Assembly (NCBI GenBank): GCA_951406725.2
Contig: OX597832.1
Coordinates: forward strand, 13,392,001-13,456,000
Direction: 5' to 3'
Source: Octopus vulgaris
Taxonomy: Eukaryota
DNA length: 64,000 nt
Position numbers and translations under genes: made by a program. This document shows, piece after piece, positions 14,445 through 28,899 of the stretch (its first letter is position 1; each line of letters opens with the position of its first letter). The notes under the pieces were generated by a model. It was given only the letters and a program-made list of their open reading frames with translations. It was not told where the DNA came from and did not search any database.

Positions 14445-16594
14445 AGGCTTTAAACTCGACATTATTGTTAAAGTACAGAGCAATTATCAAGGTAGATGAT
14501 ACCACTACACTATCATTTAGGATACGTGAACTGGAGTGCTTTCTTGGTGACTCACTCGATTATTTTCAGCTCGTAAGTGACAGGTGTAAAATATTTTCTG
14601 TTCAATTTTAATATAGTTAAACACATCCAGTGAGGAACTCTCGATGTGTGCTGTTGTATTAGAGACAGGATGTCTATGACGCAGACGTATACAGTAGAGA
14701 TGTTTTGATGCATGCGTCGTAGATTTTAAAAAAAAACCCCAAAACATTAGGGATGTGCTAAGAGCCTCACTAATCAAATTCATAATCGGTGTAACAAGTG
14801 TAATTGAAACTTTTTCAACCTTCATAATGATTTTATCATATTTGGTGCTGAAAAAATAATTAATTTTGTTCCTTCGAATGTAGTGTCAATCCTTTAAATA
14901 AGCAAAGAGAAGAAAGATGCGTGACGCTATCAAGTCTGCAGTAGGTTTATTTTAAAAATTTAAATACATTGGATTGCAAATCATATATAAATATACGTAC
15001 AAACACAAGAACATTGTATGTCTTTGAACGCATAGACTTTGTGAAATGACTGCCAACTGCGAAAGCGCAGTCAAATAAGTGTATCACCAGATAATAAGAT
15101 GATGGAGATAGGTTTGACGAATGCACAAATAGAGCTCACATTTGTGCGTTTTGTGTGTTCAGAAGAATTGCTTTAATTTGTTTTTCAATTAACTAAAAAA
15201 AATAATAATTAATTCTAAAGAGATAAGAGAAAATTACTAGTAGATGAGAGTAAAATAAAATAAAATAAAAATGACTAGACAAAACTCTAAGATTAATTTC
15301 ATATAAGTATCGATAAAACTATAATAATATACATTGAAAATTTTGTACCAAAACCCACTATAAGGATCGAGACACGGCCATGCATATAAACGCAGAATAC
15401 TGTTTTCGTTCATTGATTTTACAACCATGCTTGGTCATCGTCAAATTATAGTAAGACTAGACTACTCGTAACCCATTGGTCACCGGAGTAGTCTGCGTTT
15501 CCCAGCAACAGAGTTTTGTTTCGTGGGTTTTTTCTTCTTTTTCCAGACTATTTAGTATGCTTTCAACGAATGTGACTTCGAAACAACGCGTAAGCAGGTC
15601 CTTTCCCCAGAAAAGGAAAGATTTAGCTGCTCTTTCTTGCACGCCTTGCTACTACACAACAGGTATTTCGGGTCCTTTATCGCAAATAGCGGTTACGTGG
15701 TAGCGGGGCGTGCTAGAAATAACAGCCAAATATTTGGAAGTGAGATATATTGAAAGCACTCGAAAAAAACCTATGGAAAAAAATATATTTCACATTGAAT
15801 TTACGAACATGTCTTTTACGAAATATTTACGATTAAAATAGCTTTTGTAATGGTATTCACTTGAAAATAATTTTAAATAAACATTGAAATATTGGTTGTT
15901 TAAAGAAAGCTAAAATATAAAAACTTATTGTACTAACAACTTACACTTTTGAAATCACATTCATTTAGAAATATTACAAAATGGTTAGAAGATTGTGTTT
16001 AACCAAAGCGAAAATAGAAAAATATTTCGTTGTCCAGTCACTGTATAGTCGAAAGGTAAGAGTTACTTCCCTTGCAGGATCAAGTTAATTTCGGAAACTA
16101 TAGATCACAATATAATATAATTGCCATAGCAACCACATTTTTATAGCTTGCGAATTTTACCCATCACGGGTCTCATCCTCACCAATCATTTAGTATCCCT
16201 GTCAATTTTCAGCCTGATCCTAGTCTCAGTTTGGCCGCCATTAACCGTCAAAGCAAAACGTGCATACAATTTTCTTCCAAGGACTGTTTTATGGATATAG
16301 TCAAGACATTAAGACGTCACGTTATCCGTTATAAAGATATGAATAATAATAATAGCTTTTACCTAATCAAACAATATATAATACTGCTACTTTGAAATAT
16401 GTCATGTACTGATATTATTTTCCCTTATCTTTTGAGAAGTCACACATTTTCCTATGTAGGTAATTAAATAAAAAACATAAACATAGATACATGTGCATGT
16501 GAACAACAGCCACGCATCTATATTGGTCTGTATGTGTATGAATACTTACACACATACACTTATGTACATAACTACGTAACCGTACATATATATA

Positions 16595-16625
<31 letters not shown>

Positions 16626-16626
<1 letters not shown>

Positions 16627-16778
16627 GGCGTAGGAGTGGCTGTGTGGTAAGTAGCTTGCTTAGGAACCACATGTTTTCGGGTTCAGTCCCACTGCGTGGC
16701 ACCTTGGGCAAGTGTTTTCTACTATAGCCTTGTGAGTGGATTTGGTAGACGGAAAGTGAAAGAAGCCCGTCGTATATG

Positions 16779-16834
<56 letters not shown>

Positions 16835-16994
16835 TTTGTGTGTGTGTGTATGTTTGTTTGTCTGTGTTTGTTCCCCCGTAACTTAGCGGTTCGGCAAAAG
16901 AGACCGTTAGAATAAGTAACTGGCTTACAAAGAATACGTCCTGGAGTCAATTTGCTCGACTAAAGGCGGTGCTCCAGCATGGCAACAGTCAAAT
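16626..16994 (+). mobile_element. SINE family A (internally deleted)
   Basis: Matches the 10708-11184 copy with deletions. Confidence 0.88.
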
Positions 16995-16998
16995 ATAT

Positions 16999-17053
<55 letters not shown>

Positions 17054-18164
17054 CACATACATACCTATATATGTGTGTGTGTATGCGTGAGCATAAATAC
17101 GCATGTGTTTGTGTGTGTGTGCGCGTTGTGTGTGAGTTTACACAACTTAATGATTAGGGTATTGTATTTACGATTGCAAGATCGTGATTTCAATCTACGA
17201 TCACTGCCACACGTGATTTCGCTACAACGTGCACCTCTTGAAGCGATGTTGGCCTTGTAGTTGAAGTGAGCTAATGTACAGCATATATATTTCATGGCTA
17301 TCATTCGTGCAGGTTCTTCACTAAGAATTTGCAACAGAGATATTCTCAGACTACGATCGAACACTCGTCGACTTATCTGAGTGTGTGCTCGCGTGTGTTT
17401 GTGTGTGTGTGTGCGCGCGTGTGTATGTGTGTGTGTGTACGTGTGTGTGTACATACATTGTCATTTCATTATTCCGATCCAAAACCAAGCCATATCTGAT
17501 TCGGTCCAGTAAGGAGTTAATTTTTTAAGTATCATCTATCACAGGTCCTGTACAACCATTCCCTTGCTTTAACACAGAAGCTAGTCTTACACATATACCC
17601 ACACATACACACACATATACACACATAAACACACGCATGTCCTTATGCGAAACATAAGCAATATCAGATTAAATTAGATATTTATGTTTGACATTCAGTG
17701 TATCCATAAAAGGAAACCTGTAGGTCTTAGACAATTAACAGGATCACACACGAAAGGTATAAGCAGAAATTTTCCTTTAATGCATTTCAATACACATTGT
17801 ATCTATATAAAGTCATAAGCTCCACCGCAGTCTTTTCGGAAGTGAAACTCCTAATAATATGTCCATATTATTGAAACGAGCAATTAGTTTACACCATTTT
17901 AATCCTCAGTTTCCCTCACACTCTAAGAATCACTAGATTAAAATACTGTGAGGACCATCTGCTAATCTATTATAAATGCTACCAGGTTTTAGACGACATG
18001 AACGACGGTTCGGTATACGATACGGTTGAAGCATAACGACGCAAAAAAAGCGTAGTTCTAGGTTCCGGTGACATCATATATAGTCAAGTGTGTGCTTAGA
18101 CCCATATTATATACAAGTGGAATTACTTCTCTCGAGGCACTTTTTGCAGCATAATCAGTTTATA

Positions 18165-18721
18165 TTGGGTTGTCCGGAAAGTTCGTGCCGATTTATAGTA
18201 TCTTACATTTCGACTTATTTTAGAACATGGTTGAATCCATAAAATAGGATTTGACTACACCTCCATTTAGAGCACAGTTTAAGCTACCTTTTCGTGGGAG
18301 AAGGTTTATGTTCCTATAATATGTGTTAATTATGTAACCCTTTAAAATGGAAGATAAGAAAGTTTATTTTCTGCACTTAATGCTTTGGGAACCAGATAAA
18401 AATTGCGGCAGCTCGGCTGGGATGTGTTACCCCATCCTCCATATTCACCAGATATTGCTCCTTCGGATTTCCACATATTCAGATCTCTACAGAATAGTCT
18501 TAATGTTAACAATTTCAATTCCTTGGATGACGTAAAAAGATACGCTGATGAATTCTTTGCCATGAAACCACCTCGATTCTGGGAAGAGGTTATTTTCATG
18601 TTAAAGGAAAGATGGAGACGCATTGTGCAACAAAATACTTCATATTTGGTTGATTAAAAAATGCAATGGCAAATATTTATTGAACTTTTTCTTTCCGGCA
18701 CGAACTTTCCGGACAACCCAA
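18165..18721 (+). mobile_element. Internally deleted mariner (DD34D) element
   Basis: Perfect 26-bp TIRs ttgggttgtccggaaagttcgtgccg, TA on both sides; 18403-18657 encodes LGWDVLPHPPYSPDIAPSDFHIFRSLQN. Confidence 0.95.
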
Positions 18722-19262
18722 TATGTTCGAATGCACACGAACATGTAAAATAAGATGTAGATAACTTTATATGATATTGGTTAAGCATTAATTGTGGCTG
18801 TTAATGTTCTTTTTTTTATCGTTTGTTTGTAGTGTCAAACTATACCGAGTAGATAACATCCGAGATAAAATAAACTGCTACTGAAGGTCAGTAGTCAAAA
18901 TAGATTCATTCAAATATTTTTATTATCAAATGCATTCCAGCAGTTCAAGGATGTAACTGATTCCCACAGACTGATTACCAAGCGAATACAGGAACAATTA
19001 TCACATTCTGATTACCAGTTTTATGAGCAACGAAAATTAGATTACCAAATGATTGCTTCCAGCATTTTGGGCGGTGCTATGTGATTTAAGACTATTTCAT
19101 TACCATTTCTTGCAAACCAAGGAAGACAAGAATGGCACGTTTGTTAATTCTGTTAGACATTAGTATATAAAAACATTTATACTAAATTATAGTTTGAGAA
19201 TTCTTTCATAACATTTCAAATTCTTATTCTATCAAAGTACATAAACATGTGCATAAGAATAT

Positions 19263-19300
<38 letters not shown>

Positions 19301-19309
19301 ACACACATT

Positions 19310-19334
<25 letters not shown>

Positions 19335-19345
<11 letters not shown>

Positions 19346-19849
19346 AAACTGTAGTTGTGTGAGTGTCTGTCCCCTTCGATTTAGATTCCTAACTACTACC
19401 ACATTTTGCGGTGCAGTTTAACCAAATTCGGGTATCTTATAGTCGTGATTCATATCGAGCCCGTCTGACTATTGAGCGCGCGTCAACGATGAGTCTACGA
19501 TTTTAAAAATAATTTAACATCATTTTTTATTCCATTTTAATGCATAAAATGCATCGTGTGTCGATGGCGGCGGAGTTGGCGTCCACGCTCACACCTGCAC
19601 CTGTTTGCTTCTCCCCCTTCTTCCCTCCCTCGTGAAGCTGTGGGGAAGGGAGTGTAAGGAAATCAACGTCGTAAAGCGTTGTCAAGGAGACCAGCGTTCT
19701 TTCAGAACAACGACTTCATGGCTTGAAGACACCAAAACAGAAATGGCTAAGAAAGCCCGAATTGGAATCTATAAGGGAAGTAACTCTCTAAAAATGCTTA
19801 TATAGTTATTTCCCTTACAAACCCGAGCAACGTCGGGCGATACTGCTAG
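19335..19849 (+). mobile_element. Non-autonomous Helitron
   Basis: 3' hairpin cccgagcaacgtcggg followed by CTAG then T; 5' end tatataaaa... merges into (TA)n. Confidence 0.75.
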
Positions 19850-19913
19850 TATATATATAAATGTTTTCTGATTCCAAGAAATCATATATTTTAAATTACG
19901 TGCTTATCAATGA

Positions 19914-19914
19914 G

Positions 19915-19997
<83 letters not shown>

Positions 19998-20036
19998 TTA
20001 TCTGTTTGTCTGTCTATCTATCTACCTATTTATCTG

Positions 20037-20094
<58 letters not shown>

Positions 20095-20095
20095 C
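19914..20095 (+). repeat. (TATC)n microsatellite
   Basis: Directly visible; similar arrays at 22524-22655 and 40268-40420. Confidence 0.97.
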
Positions 20096-22573
20096 GTTTA
20101 TATAACTATCTATATGTATGTGCGTGTGTGTGCATTCATAAATATATCTTTATATATGTTTATATACATGTATAAATATATTTATATAAAAATATACAAG
20201 TATATGCACACATATGTGTGCACGTGTGTGTGTATGTGTCAAGATGTGAATGCATGTATGGGTTTCTGTGTATTAGTGTACGTTCGAGACGTATGTTATG
20301 TGTGCATGTGTATACGTCTGTTCACTAGATTTCCTGATATTGATGATTGCAAAATGTTTAATTGGACTTTACTGACTTCGCATATTTTCTCTTTAGATTT
20401 AGCTCATAAATCATTTCAACGGAATCTTGAAAAGCTTTCCACGGTTTCTTTTAATGTTTAATTGTAAATATGTAATTCATCTTGTCTATATTAAAGCACG
20501 CTGCATATATTGCGTAGATGTTAGATATGGAAATGTATGAATGTCTATATGTATATATGTTTGTATGCATGTGTGTCAATGAGTATGTGTGTGCAAATAT
20601 TACTGAAAAGTTGTAAAAATAAACGAAACATTTTCCTGTAAATTGTAACACATTGGATATGTCTGTGATAAATTGAATCTGTAAAAGATTTCAAAGCTAC
20701 CATTTCCAGCAACTCTATTTCTATTTTAGTTTATGAAAATTTACATTTCTTTTATCCTTTCTCTGATATATTCTTTGAACTTTGCCCATGCCTAGGCGAC
20801 GTTGGCTCGGAAATCCATTATGTGAATATCCGTAGTTATTGTATTCTTTCTTGTGAAATGGTTAACTCACAGAACGGCGAGATGGAATCGTCTAGGAAAC
20901 GATAAATCTACCTCGATGGATGAGATATTAGAACAAGCTGGGACGTAAAATATCATATGATGTCCTAATAAACATTATCTATATATGGTACACCTGAGCA
21001 CTGTATAAAATAATTTCATTACTATTATATAGAAGAAACAACGACCGAATGAAAAATAAATGTTGCCCGTTCTATTTACCGTATATATGTTCCTAAAATT
21101 GGGCAAGGACAATAATGAAATCTGAATACAATAAGATTGGCACGAGTGTAAATTACGGGTTCCAATTTGTTTCATCAACGCTGGCCTCGGAGGTAAAAGC
21201 TAAAATAGTAACATATTTAACCATGGTTTGCTTTCTCCGATTCACAGTATTCGTCAAAGCATTTTTGACAAATACGGAAGTCAATAGATATGCGTTTATT
21301 TGGAAATCGTAAGAATGTATGCTTGGATGAATGTATGTATGTCTGCCTGTGTGTGAGTGTGGGAGTGTATGTGTGTGCGTCTATGTTTGCACATATAGAT
21401 GAAGAGAGACAGAGAGAGTAAGAAAGAAAGAAGGAGAAAGGAAAAATGAGAGAGGGGGAGAACGTATCACAGCTTTTATCTTCCTTCATGAACTGAATTG
21501 CGTCATAAGATCTTTAATAAGAGTTTTAACCAAAAGTGTGTTACAATGGCGGTGTCCCAGCATGGCCACAGCTGAAACTAGATAAAATAAAATTAAAAAA
21601 TACATTTACCAAATTACGTATCGTAAGTTTCACTGTTGTTCAGAGAAAAGTATAATTATTTTTCAGCATTGAGAAATTCACATTATTTTTTTCTTCTGCT
21701 AGTTATATTAGTTGATATGACCATATTGGAGTGCTGTCATGTAGCAGACTTATTGACTTGTTCTTAGTTCTCACGCATAATAATGGTAATGCAAAGGGCA
21801 AGTATGCCTAGGAAGACGAACGTGATATGTGTGGATATACAAACTAAAACGTAATAACTTGTAAAAGGTCAGGTTGTACCGATTTAAGCATTTCAACACC
21901 AAATTATGAAGGAGTAAGCCGGCAGTTTTAACGTGATCCCTTAATACACCAGAAACAGTATTTAAATCTTCCGCAAAGAAAAGAAAAAACCTAGTGAGAT
22001 AAGAATACTGAACATATAATATTAGCTGTGGCTTAGCTATGTACGTAAAATCATGCGATGGCCAAATTTGAAAGAAGTCTATTGAACATAAGTAGGACAC
22101 GGTGATGAGCGTTGAAAAGGGGCTAAGAAACATCTACGAACTTAATGTATATATTAAACTATTTCGTTATTAAAATTGCATGAAACTATATGACATTGAA
22201 TACGATCATCCTTATAAATCTATTATCATTGATAATCTAAAGTTTATCCTCAATGCATTACACGTTGCTTAACATGTGGGGAAATGTACGATTTTTACGT
22301 ACATTGAACCGAAGAAATTTTTTTCATGTAGGTAATGATGCGATATTATTAAATTTCAAAGACTTTCAAAATTTTCAATAATTCTAGAGATTGATAAAAT
22401 TTTCTTTAAATTACATGAGAATCCCTATTCATATTTTCTTAAATTTCAGATATTTGATCATATTTTAGATTAAAAAATGTTTTCAATCAATATAGAATGA
22501 AATACATACATGCATATTTCAATATCTATCTATCCATCTTTCTATCTATCTATCAATCTATATATCTATTTAA

Positions 22574-22640
<67 letters not shown>

Positions 22641-22691
22641 ACAATCTATCTATCTACGCATATACAAATGTATGCATCATATACACACAAC

Positions 22692-22757
<66 letters not shown>

Positions 22758-23241
22758 ATACATGTATGTATATATATATATAATATTGATATAAACATAA
22801 ATTTAGTTATATATATGTAACCATGTATGTACATGTGTACACGTGTATGCATATAAGCCTATTGCTTATAACATTTATGAAGAAACATATCTAAGAAATT
22901 AAGCTGTGTATTCGTGAATGTATATATAAATAAGTAAATAAATAAATAATTACATACTTACATATATATATAAATGAGTATGTATGGGTGTGGGTTATGC
23001 GTGTGTGTGAATGTAGATAACTTTCGTACAAAGATTACGAGATAACGTAGAAAATATTGAGCAGCGTATACAACACAGATGCCATATTAGCAAGCTTCGC
23101 TTTAATTATTTATCTATAACTTGTTGAATATATATATTCACAATCAGGTTTATATTTCTTTCTCATGTTTTCTCCTCTTTTCATCTTCGTTCCCTTCTGT
23201 TGTTTTATGTGATTTTCTCTTTCTCCATCAACAGCTCAAGT

Positions 23242-23300
<59 letters not shown>

Positions 23301-23649
23301 GTATATATATATATATATATAATTATGTATGTAGGGAAAATGCATTTTGTGTATTCTTGAAGCACATCTGCATATTCCAGTAATAGAATCCATTATATAT
23401 TTGTTGCTTTGGGTGAATTTATGTGTGGCACATGGAGATGACAGTTCTGGAAGTACTCTTTGCAGAATTATCATATAACGAAACAGGACTCTGGAAAATA
23501 TTATGGTATAACTTATTTAGCATTATACATATTCCGTCTGTCAATAAGAATCACAATATCGTACATGTTGGATAACCAGGTAAGAAACTTCTAATTTGAA
23601 ATTTTTCGTATAGAGAGCCAAACAATATTATTTGTTTTACCCAAAACAC

Positions 23650-25443
23650 AAAGACCATGACCTTCCTTGCAAATGAAATGATCTTGACCTATTGATCAGG
23701 TGAGGAGAGACGTTTCGAATGTATGAATTGCCTCTTTGCCTGTGGCTTAAAGTGATGAACCCAACACACGTCCTGTGCTAGGAAACGTTCAAGGAATCCA
23801 GCTGGATCTTCCTCAAACAATGTCAGGTTTTCTTGTGATGTAATAAACGTGGTGCAATTTGTATTAACTGTCAGAAGACGTGGCGCCCACCACACGGAAG
23901 CCGTCATGCCAATTTCATTGTGCATCGTGTTCTCAACGTCTCACAAGATATGTTAATGGCATTGCCATGTTTATTTATAGTCAAACGCATGTCATCCATT
24001 ACCATGTGGTGAATACGATCAATATTTTTTCGGTTGCGACATTTGCAAGTTATTCAGGCCTTGGATATTCTTAAATACTTCCTCTTTCCTATCCTAAATT
24101 CCGGTGGACGGACAGTAGTGTACATAACATTTGCGTCCCGGAAAACTGTGTAGCACACAATTCCGTAACCGGACATTCGTAGCCTAGACATTTGAAATGT
24201 GCATCCCTGCATATTTGCCTCCCTGGACATTTGCGTCCCTGGGAAAATGGGTAATTTTTTATCAAATGGATATTGTTTTAGAAGTACACTTGCTTGTTAT
24301 AATCAAATTTGTAGTTACCACAATTGTACGCCATCACAAAAGTAATATTCTTCTTTTCTAAACCAAAAGAAATTTAAGTTAACCCAGAAGATATGTCCCA
24401 GTTAAAAGCAACTTCAATTTCAGCATGCGAACCAACAAGAGATCTTATTGGAGCTACGATCGCTTATGAAGATCAGTGCTCAGTTACCCACACACACTCT
24501 TTATTCTCAATGGGAAGAAATGTAAATTGATGGGGACAAAAAAGCAATATTCTATATCGTATCAACACTCCTCTATTTGGAAATTGATTGAGACACTGGA
24601 AGAAGACGAGACTATTGCCTTAAAAGTAAAAATGGACGTTCAAAGAAGAATTCTAGTACAGCAAAAAAAAAAAAAAAAGGAACTGGAACGAAGACAATAT
24701 GTATACTGCTCAAAACAACATAAATTTCTTGAAAGGAATAACAAAATTCACACAGTTTCATTTATTTGTGAAACTACAGTAATTTGTAAATCTTGACATT
24801 TTTTTCAATATTATTAATCTGTTTTCGTTTTTTAAACAAAAATAAACTTGTAAAGTTTGAACTTTTTGAATTCTTTTATTCCTTTTTTTTTTAATATTTA
24901 CTAAAAGTCTACCATCTTGTTTAACATTATTCAACGTGTTTATTTACAATTAACTCTGATAATCAACTGTTCCAAATAAACAAAAAAAAATACAGCTGAA
25001 TAAACGTAACTAAAATTTTTAAATAACACAGGGACGGATTTGTCTAGGGATACAAATGCTCCGGGACGCAAGTATCTGGTACGCGGTTCTCCAGTATGCA
25101 AGTGTCCAGTATCCAACCGTCTTTCAACCCTTATATTCCACTACCCACTTTTGAATCGTTGATAAAGCTGGATCGTCATCCTCTAATGTATCAACAATGC
25201 TAGTATGAATGTCCTTGGAGGCTAAACCCTTTTGCTGCCGGTTCTTGGTAGCGCCAGAATGCCAATTTCGTTTTCCATTCTGAAGAGAAGGAGCTTCAAG
25301 TTACTTTTGAAGTCCTCTTTGAAAAATGAGCTCTTAGTTTACCTGGAAAGAAACAATGCTATTATTAATACGGTGAGTAGAAATCACAGTTCTATCAGCC
25401 CTCCTTTATAATAGTTTATTAACTTTTCAGATCACCAAGTAAC
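23650..25443 (-). mobile_element. Decayed mariner element interrupted by a nested insertion
   Basis: FLERFLAQDVCWVHHFKPQAKRQ (mariner first-D region) at 23689-23925; HTH region WVVEFR...TEKNIDRIHHMV split at 24102/25130. Confidence 0.8.
24103..25129 (+). mobile_element. Non-autonomous Mutator-like (MULE) element nested in the mariner
   Basis: GGT...ACC termini; inverted subterminal ~15-bp repeats (ggacatttgcgtccc); 10-bp TSD-like cctaaattcc/cttatattcc; internal HSSIWKLIETL resembles the MULE C-terminal HPxIWKL. Confidence 0.65.
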
Positions 25444-25976
25444 ATCCACAGAAAAGTCACTAGTCATAACTTGTACCATTAACTTACACATGCACAAGAC
25501 AACCTCGAGAGTAGCAAGAGACTAACTCAGTCAAAATAAGAACATTATTAGCCTCCACTATGCTAGTCCTCTTTTTGTAGCGATTCAAACGTAAGCGAAT
25601 ATGAGTTCTCAAACGACCACTCTACATTTACGGGGAGCATTCGCTGAATTGATGGTAAAATATTCTATAAGACATTAATTGAAGTACGTTATTACGTTAT
25701 TTCGATCTCGGAAAACAATATCGATCGGCATATCGAAAATTCAAAAGGGTTGCTGAAATCCATAAAATGAAAAGCATACGCTCTTCCTAAATTTGCGTCA
25801 AATTCTTGAGTTTCTGCAGCTCGTAATTTCGGCTTTAAATCCTAGGGAACACGCATCATGAGACACACTCTAGAAAGCCCAACGCAGCAGGAATCTTTTG
25901 AAGCTTGCGATTAAAGTGTCTATGCTGTTGTTTTGTGCGGTCTCACACACACGCGCGCGCACACACATATACATAC

Positions 25977-26027
<51 letters not shown>

Positions 26028-26031
<4 letters not shown>

Positions 26032-26327
26032 TGTGACCGGCCAGGATATCAGATGCTGCTACATATTGCTGGTCACAAGGCGCTTCACATTGTTTTAGCC
26101 TTCAAATGACACTACCGCGCTGGCGAAGCGAGCAGGCCAACAGAAGAAAGAATGAGAGGAAGTTGTGGCGAAAGAGTACAGCAGGGATCGCCACCACCCC
26201 CTGTCGAATCCTCGTGGACCTTTAGGTGTTTTCGCTCAGTAAACACTAACAATGCCCGGTCTGAGAATCGAAACCGCAATCCTACGACCGCGAGACGGCT
26301 GCCCTAACCACTGGGCCATTGCACCTC
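26028..26327 (-). mobile_element. SINE family B (tail type 2)
   Basis: Same head as the 5236-5545 copy; tail matches the 35035-35342 copy. Confidence 0.85.
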
Positions 26328-26347
26328 ATAAACACACACACACACAC

Positions 26348-26403
<56 letters not shown>

Positions 26404-27564
26404 ACGTGCTGTGGTCAGGGATTAGATACACAAACATAGAACCGGCTCGTACTTAGCAACATCAGGAGTACATATGATAATAAAAACAAACATTGTTTAC
26501 AGCAACTTGTGGACTTTGTATTTAACAGCAGAGAAATAAGAAATGATTAACCCGTGTAAACCTTATGCGCTCCTGAGGAAAACGTCACTGAAAGACTCAA
26601 GTGATGTAGTTAAACTGGACCGTTCAAGTTTAGAGAAATAGTAACTCCGTTGACTCGTATCTTGCCTTCGTGACTGAATTTTCATTGTATCATTTAGTGC
26701 TATACATAACAGAGAAGAAAATGGACAGGATGACCACAGATATTTGTGCAGTCTGAGTTGAACTGTAACCAAGTCTTTGTTAAAAGCAAACACTATGAGA
26801 ACGCTGTATCTTGTTCAGCATAGATATCCCTACATGGGTGTAAAATGCTAAATGAATATCTTCTTATCTGGAAATATTTCGAGGAAAGTATCTCGCCGAT
26901 ACTTTATCAAGAATGCTAAATTTTCTTATGTATGCATGAAAATATATTCTCTGTTGCACACGGGTAACAACAAAATTGTAAACAATTCAGATAATATAAC
27001 GAGAGCTGGAAGGAACCCTTCGCAATACGTATTGACTGATGAACGTAAATATACGTTCAGAAATGTCACAGAACTCCAACTCAATATGTCTTCACAAAAA
27101 AATAACAAAAAGATGTATGTATATCAGTAACCGATCATGCAGATCTGTTTCGCTACAGAGGGTTTAAATGACAGCAATAGAGCTAACCAAAACACATTGT
27201 CTTGAGATAATATAATAGTTATTGATTCCCTCTTTGAAGAGTATGCTGTTGCAACAGAGAATGAAAATAGCTGAGGTGTGAACGGGATATGGATGCAGGT
27301 AAATAATCCACGTGTAGCAAACGCTGTTGATTCTGTGGAATTGAAACTGATATTATTAAACAATGTCACACGTATCGTAAGCAGCTCTCCGAAAATGTCA
27401 TCATGTTTTTTTCTATATTTACGTTTAGGTCAAGCAATTATATCTTGGCAAAACATCGAGGAAAGCAATCCGCGCAAAAGATAATACTAGCGATAAAATG
27501 ATAGGGATTTAGAGATTTGGAGGGAGTAATAACATATGATATAAAATATCATATACAATTAAAA

Positions 27565-27772
27565 TTTTTGCTTGGGGGCAGCAAGATCAAGGCAGGAGGT
27601 AAGTCGATTAATTCGACCCCAGGACTCAACTGTTATTTATTTTGTCGACCATAAAGCATTCAAAGCAAAGTTTTCAATCACTTCGGCTTGGTTTGAATCC
27701 AGAGCATAAGGATGGACGAATTACTGCTAGGTATTTTGCCCGGCTTCCTAATGATTCAGCGATCTCGCCTTC
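27565..27772 (-). mobile_element. SINE family C (Nin-like domain), degraded
   Basis: Aligns with 32748-32970 and 39250-39475. Confidence 0.65.
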
Positions 27773-28207
27773 CTATCATGTAAAATAATACTGATGGGGT
27801 GTTCTTGTCAAGTTCTCAATAAAAGAGCATAAAATGGTGAGACAAATTTGTAGTACGTATGAATGAAATTATGCTCAGTCGTGTAATTCGGTTGCCTATT
27901 AGATGTTAACATACAAAGTTAAGGGATAGTGAAAGGAAACATTTGAGTGAAAAATCAACGTAATGTGTAACACCGTCAGTTTACAGCATTATATTCGACG
28001 TAAAATTGACAATACACAAGAAAGTGATGTATTGCTCGGACCATGGCTAAAAGATAATAAAATGAACTGTATGACAACTTATCAGATATATGATGAATAT
28101 AAGATGTAACACAGCATATCGAAATACAGAAAACAGGAAACAATTTCCATAAGGCGAACATTTGAATGGAAGCTTTGTCATATAAAGATACTACTATGTT
28201 ACATATA

Positions 28208-28425
28208 AAGCGGCGAGATGGCTGAATCGTAAGCTTGCATAATTAAATGCTCTTCAGGATTTTATCAATCTTTACGTTCTCAATAGAAAATACATTTGAG
28301 GCTGACCATCCATTTAATCCTTTCCTGGTAGATGGAATGAAAATCAGTCGAGCACTGGGGTTGATGTAATCGACTTCATCCACCCCGCCCCCGAATTACT
28401 GGCCTTGTGACAAAATTTGGAACCG
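28208..28425 (+). mobile_element. SINE family C, degraded
   Basis: gcggcgagatggctgaatcgtaagc...ggggttgatgtaatcgact matches family C. Confidence 0.65.
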
Positions 28426-28626
28426 ATTTAATGTTATATAGAGTTAACACTTTTAAGAGAGACTTTCAATCTCTGTGGCTATCTATCTGTCAGTCTGCTT
28501 GTGTGACTGTCTGCGTGTCTGACAAAATTATTACACATCTGTACGTAGAGTATAGTATATACTTACAGACGTATGTGTGTGTATTCATGCATGAGTGAGT
28601 GCACCCGAGAATGAATGTGCGTGTGT

Positions 28627-28664
<38 letters not shown>

Positions 28665-28899
28665 CTGTGAGTGTGTTTGTACAGAAAGAGAGGGTGTGAT
28701 GTATATGTATGTCCACTTACATATCATCATTTGAAAAGATACTTGCTTGGTAACCTATGAAACCTGGCTTCTTAAATGGAACGTGGATATCGTTGAACGT
28801 ATATTTTAACCACAATTAGCCAAACATATTTCGCGAACGCGATAATTATCATGACGATGACGGGCATTTTTATTCAGGCGTTACGATGCTACTCCAGTA

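Noticed and set aside
15547-15589. Possible 43-nt host exon (polypyrimidine-CAG ... GTAAGC)
   Set aside because: Splice signals are plausible, but the one open frame (LFSMLSTNVTSKQR) is unrecognisable and no partner exons were found; RNA-seq is needed.
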